A stretch of DNA of 64,000 nucleotides from Abditibacteriaceae bacterium. GTDB taxonomy: Bacteria; Armatimonadota; Abditibacteriia; Abditibacteriales; Abditibacteriaceae. Positions within the stretch are counted from its first letter, which is position 1; each line of letters begins with the position of its first letter. Below, one piece after another: positions 29,184-38,866 of the stretch. The position numbers were made by a program, and so were the translations under genes. The notes beneath the pieces are model-generated. The model did not search any database and was not told the origin of the DNA. It saw only the letters and a program-made list of their open reading frames with translations. The stretch covers positions 13,117 to 77,116 of the forward strand of contig JANMKN010000008.1 in assembly GCA_031372065.1 (NCBI GenBank). The letters run 5' to 3'.

Positions 29184-30599
29184 TTACAAAATAATGCCGA
29201 CCACGCAGGCCGTCATGCACGAGGCGACGGCGCCGCCGAACATGGCGAGCAAACCGAGGCGCGATAAATCGGCGCGGCGTTCGGGGGCCATCGAACCAAT
29301 GCCACCCACTTGAATGGCAATCGAGGAAAAATTAGCGAAGCCGCACAGCGCATAAACCACCAGCAAAAACGAGCGCGGCGACAAAAAAGCGGCATCTTTG
29401 CCCATGCTTCCGGCCAACTCAAGATACGCCACAAATTCGTTGATGACGGTTTTGATGCCGATCAAACTGCCCGCCTTGCCGCATTCGGCCCACGGAATGC
29501 CCAGCAGCCACGCAAGAGGCGCACAAATGTAACCGAGCAGCATTTGCATAGATAAATTCGGCACACCCAGAAAACCGCCCAGCCAACCGAGCAACGCATT
29601 TAACATCGCGACTAAGGCCACAAAAACTAATAGCATCGCGCCGACATTCAGCGCCAGTTGCAAGCCTTCGATGGCGCCGCGCGCGGCGGAATCTATCACG
29701 TTCGCATCTTGGTTTTCGACGTGCAATTTCATTTGCCCGCTCGTTTCCGAAGGCTGCGATTCGGGCAACAGCAACTTGGCAACAGCGAGGCTGGCCGGAG
29801 CCGAAATAATCGAAGCCGCCAGTAAATGACCGGCAATCTGCGGCTCGAAACCAGCTAACATAGCGACATAAGCGGCCAGCACGCCGGAGGCGATATTAGA
29901 AAAGCCGCCGACCATAATCGCCATCAGTTCACTTTGCGTGGCGCCCGCGATAAAAGGCCGCACAAAGAGCGGCGCTTCGGTTTGGCCGAGGAAAATATTG
30001 GCCGTCGCCGACAGCGTTTCGCTGCCCGATGTGCCCATCGTGCGCTGCATCACCCACGCCAATCCTTTGACGACGGGCTGCAAAACGCCGAGATAATACA
30101 TCAACGTCGAAAGCGCCGAAAAGAAAATAATCGTCGGCAAAACATTGAAGGCGAAAAAGGCGCCCGTTGCGGCATAAGAATTTGGCTGTGTAATCGGCCC
30201 CATCGTCGCGCTGCCGACGGGCTTGCCAACGGGCACATTATTGTCCACCAAATTGCCGAAGAGAAATTTGGCACCTTCGCGCGAGAAATTCAAAAGCGCA
30301 TTCACGCCGCTGTTAATCGCCTCGAAAAATCCCGGCGTGTTCAACACTAAAAGCGCGAAGACGAATTGCAAAGCCAAGCCCCAAATTACGGTGCGCGCCA
30401 GCGGCTTCAAGCGCGGCTTGCGCAACTGTCCGATGCCCCAGCAAAAAGCCGTCAGCACCACCAAACCAAAGAGTGACTGCGCCTTTTGCAGCGGCGTGCC
30501 CGAACGATCAATCGAAATGACCGCTTCTTGCGCCGTTGCCGGATGAATCAAAAGAAAAATGCTGCAACTCAACGACAAAAAACGCAAAAAAGTGGTCAT
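29184..30599 (-). CDS. NupC/CNT-family Na+/nucleoside symporter
   Basis: VLPTIIFFSAL, NIFLGQTEAP, NEFVAY, YALCGFANFSSIAIQVGG. Start is 30599 or 30644. Confidence 0.93.
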   Translation of the reverse strand: MTTFLRFLSLSCSIFLLIHPATAQEAVISIDRSGTPLQKAQSLFGLVVLTAFCWGIGQLRKPRLKPLARTVIWGLALQFVFALLVLNTPGFFEAINSGVNALLNFSREGAKFLFGNLVDNNVPVGKPVGSATMGPITQPNSYAATGAFFAFNVLPTIIFFSALSTLMYYLGVLQPVVKGLAWVMQRTMGTSGSETLSATANIFLGQTEAPLFVRPFIAGATQSELMAIMVGGFSNIASGVLAAYVAMLAGFEPQIAGHLLAASIISAPASLAVAKLLLPESQPSETSGQMKLHVENQDANVIDSAARGAIEGLQLALNVGAMLLVFVALVAMLNALLGWLGGFLGVPNLSMQMLLGYICAPLAWLLGIPWAECGKAGSLIGIKTVINEFVAYLELAGSMGKDAAFLSPRSFLLVVYALCGFANFSSIAIQVGGIGSMAPERRADLSRLGLLAMFGGAVASCMTACVVGIIL

Positions 30600-30832
30600 A
30601 ACGGGTCGTTTCAGAGCGCAAATCACCTTCGCGCCCAAGTTCATAAGCCGTTTATAGCAAGTTCTGGCGAGGGAAACAACAAAATGTGGTTTATCGTAGC
30701 GAGAGAGCCTCAGGTTGGCTCATCTTTCTTAATCGGTTTATTGGTAACTTGCGTTGCTTGTTCTTCTTCATAGCGTCACATCGTCATTCATTGTATATCT
30801 TTTCCCAATTGCCCAAAGTTCAAACACTCATC

Positions 30833-31795
30833 ATGAAAACGCTCATCGTCACCGCGCCGGACAAATATGAAGTTGTCGAAGTGCCCGTTCCAGCGCCGGG
30901 CGCGGGCGAAGTTTTGCTGCGCGTGGAAGCCGTCACCACTTGCCCGCAGTGGGATTTGCACTTGCGCCACAACGAGCCGATGTTTGTCGGCCATCAGTTT
31001 CATTATCCTTACACACCGGGCCAACCGGGGCACGAAGCGACGGGAACGATTGCACAATTGGGCGAGGGCAGCGGCGAATTTCACATCGGCGAACGCGTCA
31101 GCGCGTGGCGCGACCCCGGCCATCAAGTTGGCGGTTGTTATGCGCAATTCGTCGTCAAAAAAGTCGAAGATTTAATTCGCGTGCCGTCGCATCTGCCCTT
31201 TGAAGCAACTGCGCCTTTGGAACTGGCGATGTGCGTTGGCGCGCAGTTTTTGCAGTTACGCGCTATGAATTTAATCAAAGCGCGCCGTTGCGCTGTGATG
31301 GGTCTTGGTCCGGCAGGTTTGATCGCCGTGCAGATGATGAAAGCCGAAGGCGCCAGCGAAATTTACGGCTTCGATATTGCAAACTCACGGCGCGATTTGG
31401 CTTTAGCATTGGGCGCCGATGCCGTTTTCGATTCGCGCGAAGCATTGCCGCAATTTGGCTTGCGTCCGCACACGCAAATTGACTGCGCCATAGATTGCGT
31501 CGGCGCCAAAGCCACTGTCGAATGGCTGATGGATCGCACGCGCGAAACAGTCGCGTTGTTTGGCGTGCAGCGCGAAGATTACACTTTTGCACCGCGTCAT
31601 TATTCGCTGAAATTATGTGGCTATCCCGGCCACAGCCGCGCCGCCGCCGAATATGCTGTTGATTTAATAGAAAAGGGCCACTTGAATCTGGCGCCGCTGG
31701 TAACACATCAAATGCCGCTCGAAGATTATGGGCGCGGCGTGGATTTACTGGAAAAACAAGAAGCGATCAAGGTTTGTTTCAAACCGTGGTCTTGA
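30833..31795 (+). CDS. Zinc-binding (MDR) alcohol dehydrogenase
   Basis: PGHEATG and GLGPAG motifs. Confidence 0.88.
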   Translation: MKTLIVTAPDKYEVVEVPVPAPGAGEVLLRVEAVTTCPQWDLHLRHNEPMFVGHQFHYPYTPGQPGHEATGTIAQLGEGSGEFHIGERVSAWRDPGHQVGGCYAQFVVKKVEDLIRVPSHLPFEATAPLELAMCVGAQFLQLRAMNLIKARRCAVMGLGPAGLIAVQMMKAEGASEIYGFDIANSRRDLALALGADAVFDSREALPQFGLRPHTQIDCAIDCVGAKATVEWLMDRTRETVALFGVQREDYTFAPRHYSLKLCGYPGHSRAAAEYAVDLIEKGHLNLAPLVTHQMPLEDYGRGVDLLEKQEAIKVCFKPWS

Positions 31796-31801
31796 ACATT
31801 T

Positions 31802-32623
31802 ATGAAACGCTCACAACTGGCGATCAATTCAGTTTCAACACGGCACGAAAATTTGGAAGAAGCGTTATCTGCTTATGCCAAGGCTGGGTTTCGCAACGTC
31901 GAATTTCAATTGGGACACGTCAAGGAATTTTTAAATCGCGGGCATTCCTTTAGCGATGTGCGGCGCTTATTGAAATCGCACGATTTAACTTGTATTGGCG
32001 GTTTTGAATGCGCTTTAGAAGCGTTTTCACCACCTGAACAGCGCGCCGAAAATCACGAGCGTTTGCGGCGCAACGCCGAATTATTGGCCGAATTAGGCGC
32101 GAGAATAATGGTGGTCGGCACCGATGGGCCACCCGCGCCAGTTGCAAAACCGCTGGAAGAATTGGTGGGCGCGTTTTGCGATGTGGAGCAAGCCATAAGC
32201 GATACCGGCATTACGCTGTGCCTCGAATTTAACTGGTCGCCTTTAGTGAAATCGCTGCGCACCGCTGTCGAAGTAGCGCGGCTATGCGGTTCGCCAAATG
32301 TCGGCGTTTTATTCGACCCGGCACATTACCACTGCACGCCATCGAAATTAGAGCAAATCAACGAGCAAAGCGTGCCGTTTATCAAACACATTCACGTTGA
32401 CGACATGGCCGACAAGCCGGGCGAACTTTCCAATTGCAACAGTGACCGCGTTTTGCCGGGATTGGGCTGTCTCGATTTGAAAACTCTGCTTGGCGCGTTG
32501 GAATTACATGGCTACAACGGCTATTTTTCTATTGAAATGTTCAGCGAAGAATTGTGGAACGAATCACCCTATCGCGCCGCACAATTGATGTTTGATTCGC
32601 TGTTACCGCTTTGCGACGACTAA
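31802..32623 (+). CDS. Sugar phosphate isomerase/epimerase (TIM barrel)
   Basis: LEF, FDPAHY, HIHVDD, RVLPGLG, SIEMF metal-binding motifs. Confidence 0.88.
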   Translation: MKRSQLAINSVSTRHENLEEALSAYAKAGFRNVEFQLGHVKEFLNRGHSFSDVRRLLKSHDLTCIGGFECALEAFSPPEQRAENHERLRRNAELLAELGARIMVVGTDGPPAPVAKPLEELVGAFCDVEQAISDTGITLCLEFNWSPLVKSLRTAVEVARLCGSPNVGVLFDPAHYHCTPSKLEQINEQSVPFIKHIHVDDMADKPGELSNCNSDRVLPGLGCLDLKTLLGALELHGYNGYFSIEMFSEELWNESPYRAAQLMFDSLLPLCDD

Positions 32624-32626
32624 AAT

Positions 32627-34834
32627 TTACCAGTTGAAAACACTCAGCAAACTGGAATAATCATCTGTCCACACGCCGACATCATCACGCGTTTTCAAAG
32701 GCTGCCAGCGAGCATCTTTGAGTAGCGCAGTCAACGCCGATTTGTCGCGCGCCATCGCCACCCATTGCGATGAAACCTTGCCCAATTCGGCCTCGGCTTC
32801 CGAAACTTCGCCATCGGTGCGATTCAAACCGACAAGACCCGCATCGCGCGCTAAATTGCCCAGCACCGGCTCAATAGTCAAATGCCGGTTGGAAGCATGA
32901 AACACCACCAATCCACGCGGTTTCACTTTGCGAAAATACAGTTGCAGCGCCTCGCGGGTGAGTAAATGAACCGGCAGTGAATCGGAACTGTAAGCATCTA
33001 AAACCAATACCTCGAACTCTCCATCGGGCACGTTTTCTAATTTTAAGCGGCCATCGCCCAAAACAATTTCATAAGGAGCTTTGCAGTTCTGCAAATACGA
33101 AAAATACTGCGGGTCACCCGCAATGCGCGCCACAACTGGATCAATTTCAAAAAATGTCCACTTCTGCTTTGGCCGCGCATAATAGGCCAGCGAACCAGCG
33201 CCTAAACCTACGACTCCAACACGCTTTGCAGCATCCGCATATTCGCGAAAAATCTGCCCGGCGGGGCCGCTGGTTGTGTAATAAGAAAGCGGCTCCTTAT
33301 GATGGGCCGGATCGAGATTTTGCACGCCATGCAGCGTATTGCCATGAAAGAGTTGATGAAATTGGCCCGCAGGATCAAGCGCCACGCGATGCACTCCAAA
33401 AAAGCTTCGCTCGGCCAATAAAATACGGCCCGAATTGCCGTCTTTGTAAAACATCAAACCCGCCGTCAAAATAGTGCCAATAGCCAAGGCAAATCGCAAG
33501 GGCCGGCGTGAAAAACTAAACGCGCAAAGTGTGCCGAAGCCAAACGTCAGGGCTAAAAACAGCGGCCCCGTTTCGATGCCGCGTTTTTGCAAAAACAGCA
33601 TCATCGCGACCATTATCAAACCCAATAAAGTGGGCAGGACGAAATCGAAAATTCGCGCGCGACTTTCATTTATCAATGGCTTATTTTCGGCGCGCAAGCC
33701 CAGCCAACACGCCAAAACTAAAGTAATCGGGTATTCAACAACGCTATGAAAAATGATCGGCGCCAAGAGCGCATTAAACGCGCCGCCCAGCACGCCGCCC
33801 AGGGAAATCCACAAGTAAAATTCGGTAAGAAAATCCGTTGGCGGACGCTCCTCGGCCAGCGCGCCATGACAGGCCATCGCCACCACAAAAAGTGTCAGCA
33901 AATGCAGTGGCATCAAGAGGATAAAGGGATGATTTGCCCGCACAGCCACCGTAACCACCAAAGGCAAAATCAGAATCGGCAAAGCGCGCACCCAAAACAA
34001 ATTGGGCAGCAAAGGTCGCCGCGCAAACGCCACGATAAACGATAGCAAATAAAGACTCAGTGGAATAATCCACAACAGCGGAATCGCCGCGATGTCGGTG
34101 GAAATATAAGTCGTCACGCTGACCATCAAACTCGATGGGACAAACGCCAACATCACCCAACGCATACGACTTTGTGTATTCGGAACACTAAGCGCAATTT
34201 CAGTTTCGTCGTTTTTGGTTTCGCTGTCGGGATTCTGTTTTATTTTCCCGCGCCACAGCACAAAAGCCGCGCTAAACGTCAGCAGAATGAGCAAGCCGTA
34301 GCCATAAGACCACAAACGACTTTGGTCAAGCAAATGCAGTTTTGGCTCGATAAAAATCGGATAGCCCAAAAGCGCCATCATGCTACCGAGATTACTGGCG
34401 GCATAAAGAAAATACGGATCGCCCGCTGCCTTATGCCCCGTTGTCGCGAACCACTTTTGCAACAGAGGACTGCCCGCCGAAACCACGAAAAATGGCAAGC
34501 CGACAGCGACAGTCAAAAGCGCTAACAGCCACGGAATCGGATTGGTTTCTGCGGGCGGCGTCCAGCCTTTGGGCACCGCAATTGGCAGCAAAAACAAAGG
34601 AAGCAGCAGCAAAACGCAATGCAACATCGCCTGCTTTTTCACGCCGAGCCACTTCGATGTCGCGTGTGCATAAGCGTAGCCCGCTAATAGCATCGCTTGA
34701 AAGAAAACCAGCGCCGTGTTCCACACCGCAGGAGAGCCACCTAAAAGCGGTAGCACCATGCGCGCAAACATCGGTTGCACCAAGAACAACAACGTCGCAT
34801 TAACGAAAATGGCGATGGTATAAAGCAGAAGCAC
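32627..34834 (-). CDS. Fused MFS-like/spermidine synthase membrane protein
   Basis: LFLVQPMFA, DPYFLYAASNLGS, GLGAGSL, FEIDP, LDAYSSD, WTDDYS. Confidence 0.9.
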   Translation of the reverse strand: MLLLYTIAIFVNATLLFLVQPMFARMVLPLLGGSPAVWNTALVFFQAMLLAGYAYAHATSKWLGVKKQAMLHCVLLLLPLFLLPIAVPKGWTPPAETNPIPWLLALLTVAVGLPFFVVSAGSPLLQKWFATTGHKAAGDPYFLYAASNLGSMMALLGYPIFIEPKLHLLDQSRLWSYGYGLLILLTFSAAFVLWRGKIKQNPDSETKNDETEIALSVPNTQSRMRWVMLAFVPSSLMVSVTTYISTDIAAIPLLWIIPLSLYLLSFIVAFARRPLLPNLFWVRALPILILPLVVTVAVRANHPFILLMPLHLLTLFVVAMACHGALAEERPPTDFLTEFYLWISLGGVLGGAFNALLAPIIFHSVVEYPITLVLACWLGLRAENKPLINESRARIFDFVLPTLLGLIMVAMMLFLQKRGIETGPLFLALTFGFGTLCAFSFSRRPLRFALAIGTILTAGLMFYKDGNSGRILLAERSFFGVHRVALDPAGQFHQLFHGNTLHGVQNLDPAHHKEPLSYYTTSGPAGQIFREYADAAKRVGVVGLGAGSLAYYARPKQKWTFFEIDPVVARIAGDPQYFSYLQNCKAPYEIVLGDGRLKLENVPDGEFEVLVLDAYSSDSLPVHLLTREALQLYFRKVKPRGLVVFHASNRHLTIEPVLGNLARDAGLVGLNRTDGEVSEAEAELGKVSSQWVAMARDKSALTALLKDARWQPLKTRDDVGVWTDDYSSLLSVFNW

Positions 34835-34845
34835 AGTGAATTCTT

Positions 34846-36180
34846 TTACTTTGGCACGAAGGTTGGATTCAAATAACTAAGCAGCCACCAGAGCGAAAGC
34901 ACATTCAAAGCGAAACCTACGCCAAGCCACGAAAACGCCAAAACGCGCACGCCTTTTTCGCCGATTAAGCCGCTAAAACCGCGCGCTAAAAACAAGCTGA
35001 ATCCAATAAAAGCCGGAAACAAATAACGCCCACCTTCGCTCCAACCCCAATGCATGAAAAGCGCGACTTGCAAAACCGTGAGCCACGTTAAAACAAACGC
35101 GCCGTAACAAGGCCACAAAATCAGGCGCGCTTGCCTGTCAGCGGTTTCTTGCCTGTCAGCAGTTTGCCGCGTTTTCCTCCAATACGAAAGCGCGCTAATG
35201 CTCGCCACTAAAACATAAGCGGCAAAAAATAAATAAATCGCGCCCTGCACCGCTTCTACAGGGCCATCAGGCGTGCGTTGCATCAGCCAATCGCGCTGGC
35301 CCCACAAGGTATAAAACAAACGCCAGTTGGCAAAAGCAAAAATCAGAGGAAAATTAGGATGCATCATTTGCACTAATTTTCCGGCCTCCGGCAACGGCAA
35401 AGCCGGCGTCGGCGCGGCTTCGGGCAAAGGCGTCCATGTGCCGTAAATAATCATTGAACGAATATGCCACGGGCTGACAATTACGGCGCCGACAACCAAA
35501 ACCAAGAGCGCGCTTTGCCACGCCGCTTTGTTTTTAAAAACTGCTTTTCCATCGCGCGCGAGGAAAAATAAAAGCAGCGCCACACCATCGCACAGCAGCG
35601 CCGTCGCTTTGCATAAACCACCGACTCCCATCGCTAAACCGAGCCACAAACAAGCGCGTTTATCGAGGTTGTCTTTGAATCTTACGAGGAGCAGCCACAG
35701 AAAAACCGTGACGGCGCAGAACGTGGCGCTATCGTTGTTAATAGTCGAAGCCGTCATGCCCCACATCGGCAACAGCGCGATTTGCGCCACGACTAAACGC
35801 GCGAAATTCTGTGAGCCAATTTGTCGCGCAATTTGATAAATTAGGGGCAAAGGAAGGAGGCAAAGCGCGGTTGAAATCAAGCGCACCAAATGCCATTCGC
35901 CCTCGCCGGGCAAGCCGCGAAACAAGGCGTAAAACGGCAGTAATGTTAAATAATAAAGCGGCGGATGAAAAGCGTGCGCGCCTGCGGTTTCTTTATACGG
36001 GTTGGTGCTTAAAATGATGGGCAATTGATGCGAATCGAGCAGCAATTTCACATAGTTCATGTGACGCTGCTCATCGGGGCCAAAGCCCAGCAAAATCGCA
36101 AAGTTGTAAGCGATGGCAAAAAGCGCCGCCATGTCCAGAATCAACCACAAACCTTTGTCGCGCCGCCAGTCTGTATTCAT
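34846..36180 (-). CDS. GT-C fold (ArnT/PMT-like) membrane glycosyltransferase
   Basis: GPDEQRH, HPPLYY, INND, GRYLFP motifs; many TM helices. Confidence 0.75.
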   Translation of the reverse strand: MNTDWRRDKGLWLILDMAALFAIAYNFAILLGFGPDEQRHMNYVKLLLDSHQLPIILSTNPYKETAGAHAFHPPLYYLTLLPFYALFRGLPGEGEWHLVRLISTALCLLPLPLIYQIARQIGSQNFARLVVAQIALLPMWGMTASTINNDSATFCAVTVFLWLLLVRFKDNLDKRACLWLGLAMGVGGLCKATALLCDGVALLLFFLARDGKAVFKNKAAWQSALLVLVVGAVIVSPWHIRSMIIYGTWTPLPEAAPTPALPLPEAGKLVQMMHPNFPLIFAFANWRLFYTLWGQRDWLMQRTPDGPVEAVQGAIYLFFAAYVLVASISALSYWRKTRQTADRQETADRQARLILWPCYGAFVLTWLTVLQVALFMHWGWSEGGRYLFPAFIGFSLFLARGFSGLIGEKGVRVLAFSWLGVGFALNVLSLWWLLSYLNPTFVPK

Positions 36181-36188
36181 AAATTATC

Positions 36189-36292
36189 AACACAAAGGAC
36201 ACGAAGGATTTCACTAAGAAACACAAAGGTGATTTAAGAAACCCAGTTTCATCTTTGTGTTTCTTAGTGAAATCCTTCGTGTCCTTTGTGTT
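36189..36292. repeat. Perfect 40-bp inverted repeat (REP-like element)
   Basis: AACACAAAGGACACGAAGGATTTCACTAAGAAACACAAAG at 36189-36228; exact reverse complement at 36253-36292. Confidence 0.92.
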
Positions 36293-36304
36293 TCGCTTGC
36301 TCGC

Positions 36305-38779
36305 CTACTTTAAAACCACAATGGTCGCGCCGTCGCCGCCTTGATGCGGTGGCGCTTGATGAAATTCGCTGACGGCGCGTGTGCGGCTTAAAATGCGATG
36401 CACGGCGGCGCGCAGAGCGCCGGTGCCACGGCCATGAACGACGCGCACTTGCTCGGCTTCGGCCAGAATCGCGTCGTCCAGATATTTTTCCAATTCCGGC
36501 AACGCTTCATCGGTGGTTTTGCCGATGAGATTCAATTCTTCGGGCACACTGAGCGCCTTCGATAAACGAATGGCCGAAACGCCGCCTGCGGTGATTTTTG
36601 GCTGCGTTGCGACTTCAATATCATGCGCGTTGATTTGCATTTTTAAAGCGCCCACGCGCACTTCGACTTTGTTTTGGCGCGGCTGCGAGAGCAAAATCCC
36701 CTCGCGGTTGAGCGACTTCACCAAAACGGTGTCACCGTTGGCCGGAAACGGATCGGGCAAGCGTTTTTCGGCGTGCGTGACGGCGCGCGTCGCTTGTTTT
36801 TCGCTTTCGGCCTCGACGCGTTCGCGCATGGTTTTCAAGCGACGGCGCGCATCTTCGGTTTGCTTCGATTCGCGCCCGCCGGAACTGGCATTGCGCAGTT
36901 CGCGCAAAATGGCGTTGGCTTCGTCCTGCGCTTGTCGCACGGTTTGCGCGGCTTCGCGTTGGGCGTCTTCGATTTCCTTATCAAGGCGCACTTCCAGTTT
37001 GGCGAGACGCTTTTCGTAGTCGCGGCGCAAGCGCTCAGCTTCGGCGCGTTCGCGCGCGGCGGCGAGGCGCTGTTCTTCCAATTCGCGCTGCGTTTCTTCC
37101 AAGCGTTGCGTGGCAGTTTCGGCTTCGGCGCGGGCCTTTCCCAAATAGCGCCGCGCGCGTTGCACCAGTTCGGGCGGCATCCCCAAGCGCGAGGCAATAT
37201 CCAAAGCGTTGCTGGCACCGGGCACACCAATTCGCAGGCGATACGTCGGACGAAGCGATTGCGAATCGAATTCAACGCTGGCATTTTTGAAGCGCTCGGC
37301 GCTCAGAGCAAATTGCTTTAGTTCGCCGTAATGCGTGGTCGCCAAAACCCGCGCGCCGCGCCGCGCCATAGCGCGCAAGACAGCTTTGGCTAACGCGGCG
37401 CCTTCGTCGGGGTCGGTGCCCGCCCCCACTTCGTCCAATAAAATCAAATCGCCCGCTCCGGCGCGCCGCAAAATATGAACGATCTGCTTGAGATGCGAAC
37501 TAAAAGTCGAAAGCGATTGTTCGATGCTTTGTTCGTCGCCGATGTCCGCGTAAATCGCACCCGGAATCGCCAAACGGCTGCCTTCTTTGGCCGGAATATG
37601 CAAGCCGCAACCGGCCATCAACGCCAGCAAACCCAGTGTTTTCAAAACCACCGTTTTGCCACCTGTGTTGGGGCCGGTGATGAGGAGAATATCGAAAGCG
37701 GGGCTTTGGTCTTTGGTCTTTGATCTTTGATCTTTGGTTTCAACCTCTGAGGGATTATCTGATTCGTCGGCACCCTCCCCAAGACCTAAAACCAAAGAAC
37801 CAAAACCCAAATAAATATCATTGGCAATCGGGTTTTCAATCAGCGGATGGCGCGCTTCTAAAAAGCAGAGGCCGGAGATTTTCGGGTCGTCATCAAGCAG
37901 CGGTTCGACGGCGTTCATGCCCCGAGAAAGTCGCGCTTTGGCGAACCAGAAATCCAAGTCGCCTGCGGCTTCAAGCAGGTTTTTTAAATCTTCGTGAACT
38001 TCACCAACTTTTGCCGAAAGATTGCTGAGAATTTCGAGCATCGCTTCGCGTTCTTCGACGCCCAGTTCGCGGATGCGATTATTCAATTCGACAACGGCTT
38101 GCGGCTCGACAAAAAGCGCCGCGCCGCTGTTGCTGCGGTCATGCACAATGCCGGGCACTTGCGAACGCCGGTCGGCGCGCACCGGCAGGCAATAGCGCCC
38201 ATCACGCACTGTCACAAAAGCATCTTGCAGCGCGGTTTGGATATTCGGGTCGGACAGCATACGACGCAAGCGTTCCTGCACATCGTTTTGCGCTTGCTGC
38301 TTATTGCGCCGCGCTTTGAGAAGGCGAATCGAAGCATCGTCTTTGAGTTCGCCGCTGGTTTCGTCAATAGCCGATAAAATCGCTTTTTCAATTTGCGGCT
38401 GCGGTTGCAACCACGCGACGCGCGCGTGCAAAATCGGGAAATCTTCGGCTTCACGATGCAAAATCAAATCGCGCAAACGCGCGGCAGAGTGCGCGAGTTG
38501 CGCGACTTGCAACAATTCTTCGGCTTCGAGAACGGAATGAATGGAGGCGCGCTGCAAGTGTTCGCTGATATCGCGCACGCCGCCGAAAATTGGCTGTGCG
38601 CCGCTATCTAAAAAGCGCCTTGCTTCGGTTGTTTCGGCCAAACGGCGGCGCGCTTCGTCGGGCCGCGAAGTGGGTTCAAGCGCCGCGATGCGGGCGCGAC
38701 CGGGCACACTGGCGGCCTGTGCTTCGAGGCGCGCCAGAACTTTATCCAGTTCTAATAATCGCAGTGTGCGCGGTTCCAT
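36305..38779 (-). CDS. mutS2: Endonuclease MutS2
   Basis: ITGPNTGGKT, DIGDEQSIEQSLSTFSSH, DEVGAGTDP, C-terminal Smr domain VHGRGTG. Confidence 0.96.
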   Translation of the reverse strand: MEPRTLRLLELDKVLARLEAQAASVPGRARIAALEPTSRPDEARRRLAETTEARRFLDSGAQPIFGGVRDISEHLQRASIHSVLEAEELLQVAQLAHSAARLRDLILHREAEDFPILHARVAWLQPQPQIEKAILSAIDETSGELKDDASIRLLKARRNKQQAQNDVQERLRRMLSDPNIQTALQDAFVTVRDGRYCLPVRADRRSQVPGIVHDRSNSGAALFVEPQAVVELNNRIRELGVEEREAMLEILSNLSAKVGEVHEDLKNLLEAAGDLDFWFAKARLSRGMNAVEPLLDDDPKISGLCFLEARHPLIENPIANDIYLGFGSLVLGLGEGADESDNPSEVETKDQRSKTKDQSPAFDILLITGPNTGGKTVVLKTLGLLALMAGCGLHIPAKEGSRLAIPGAIYADIGDEQSIEQSLSTFSSHLKQIVHILRRAGAGDLILLDEVGAGTDPDEGAALAKAVLRAMARRGARVLATTHYGELKQFALSAERFKNASVEFDSQSLRPTYRLRIGVPGASNALDIASRLGMPPELVQRARRYLGKARAEAETATQRLEETQRELEEQRLAAARERAEAERLRRDYEKRLAKLEVRLDKEIEDAQREAAQTVRQAQDEANAILRELRNASSGGRESKQTEDARRRLKTMRERVEAESEKQATRAVTHAEKRLPDPFPANGDTVLVKSLNREGILLSQPRQNKVEVRVGALKMQINAHDIEVATQPKITAGGVSAIRLSKALSVPEELNLIGKTTDEALPELEKYLDDAILAEAEQVRVVHGRGTGALRAAVHRILSRTRAVSEFHQAPPHQGGDGATIVVLK
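37704..37811. repeat. Inverted arms of 7-bp tandem repeats inserted in frame in mutS2
   Basis: (CTTTGRT)x5 at 37704-37738; degenerate complementary CCAAGAC-type repeats at 37779-37811. Confidence 0.8.
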
Positions 38780-38866
38780 TTTGAAATGATTGCTTGTTCC
38801 GCAAAGATTTTAGCGAACGCGGACATCTCGTGCCGTTTCTAACAGTTGCTACAATCTTTCATGGTC

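Noticed and set aside
35131..35168. 18-bp tandem duplication (QTADRQETADRQ) in the GT-C gene
   Set aside because: Simple in-frame slippage in a loop; no further structure.
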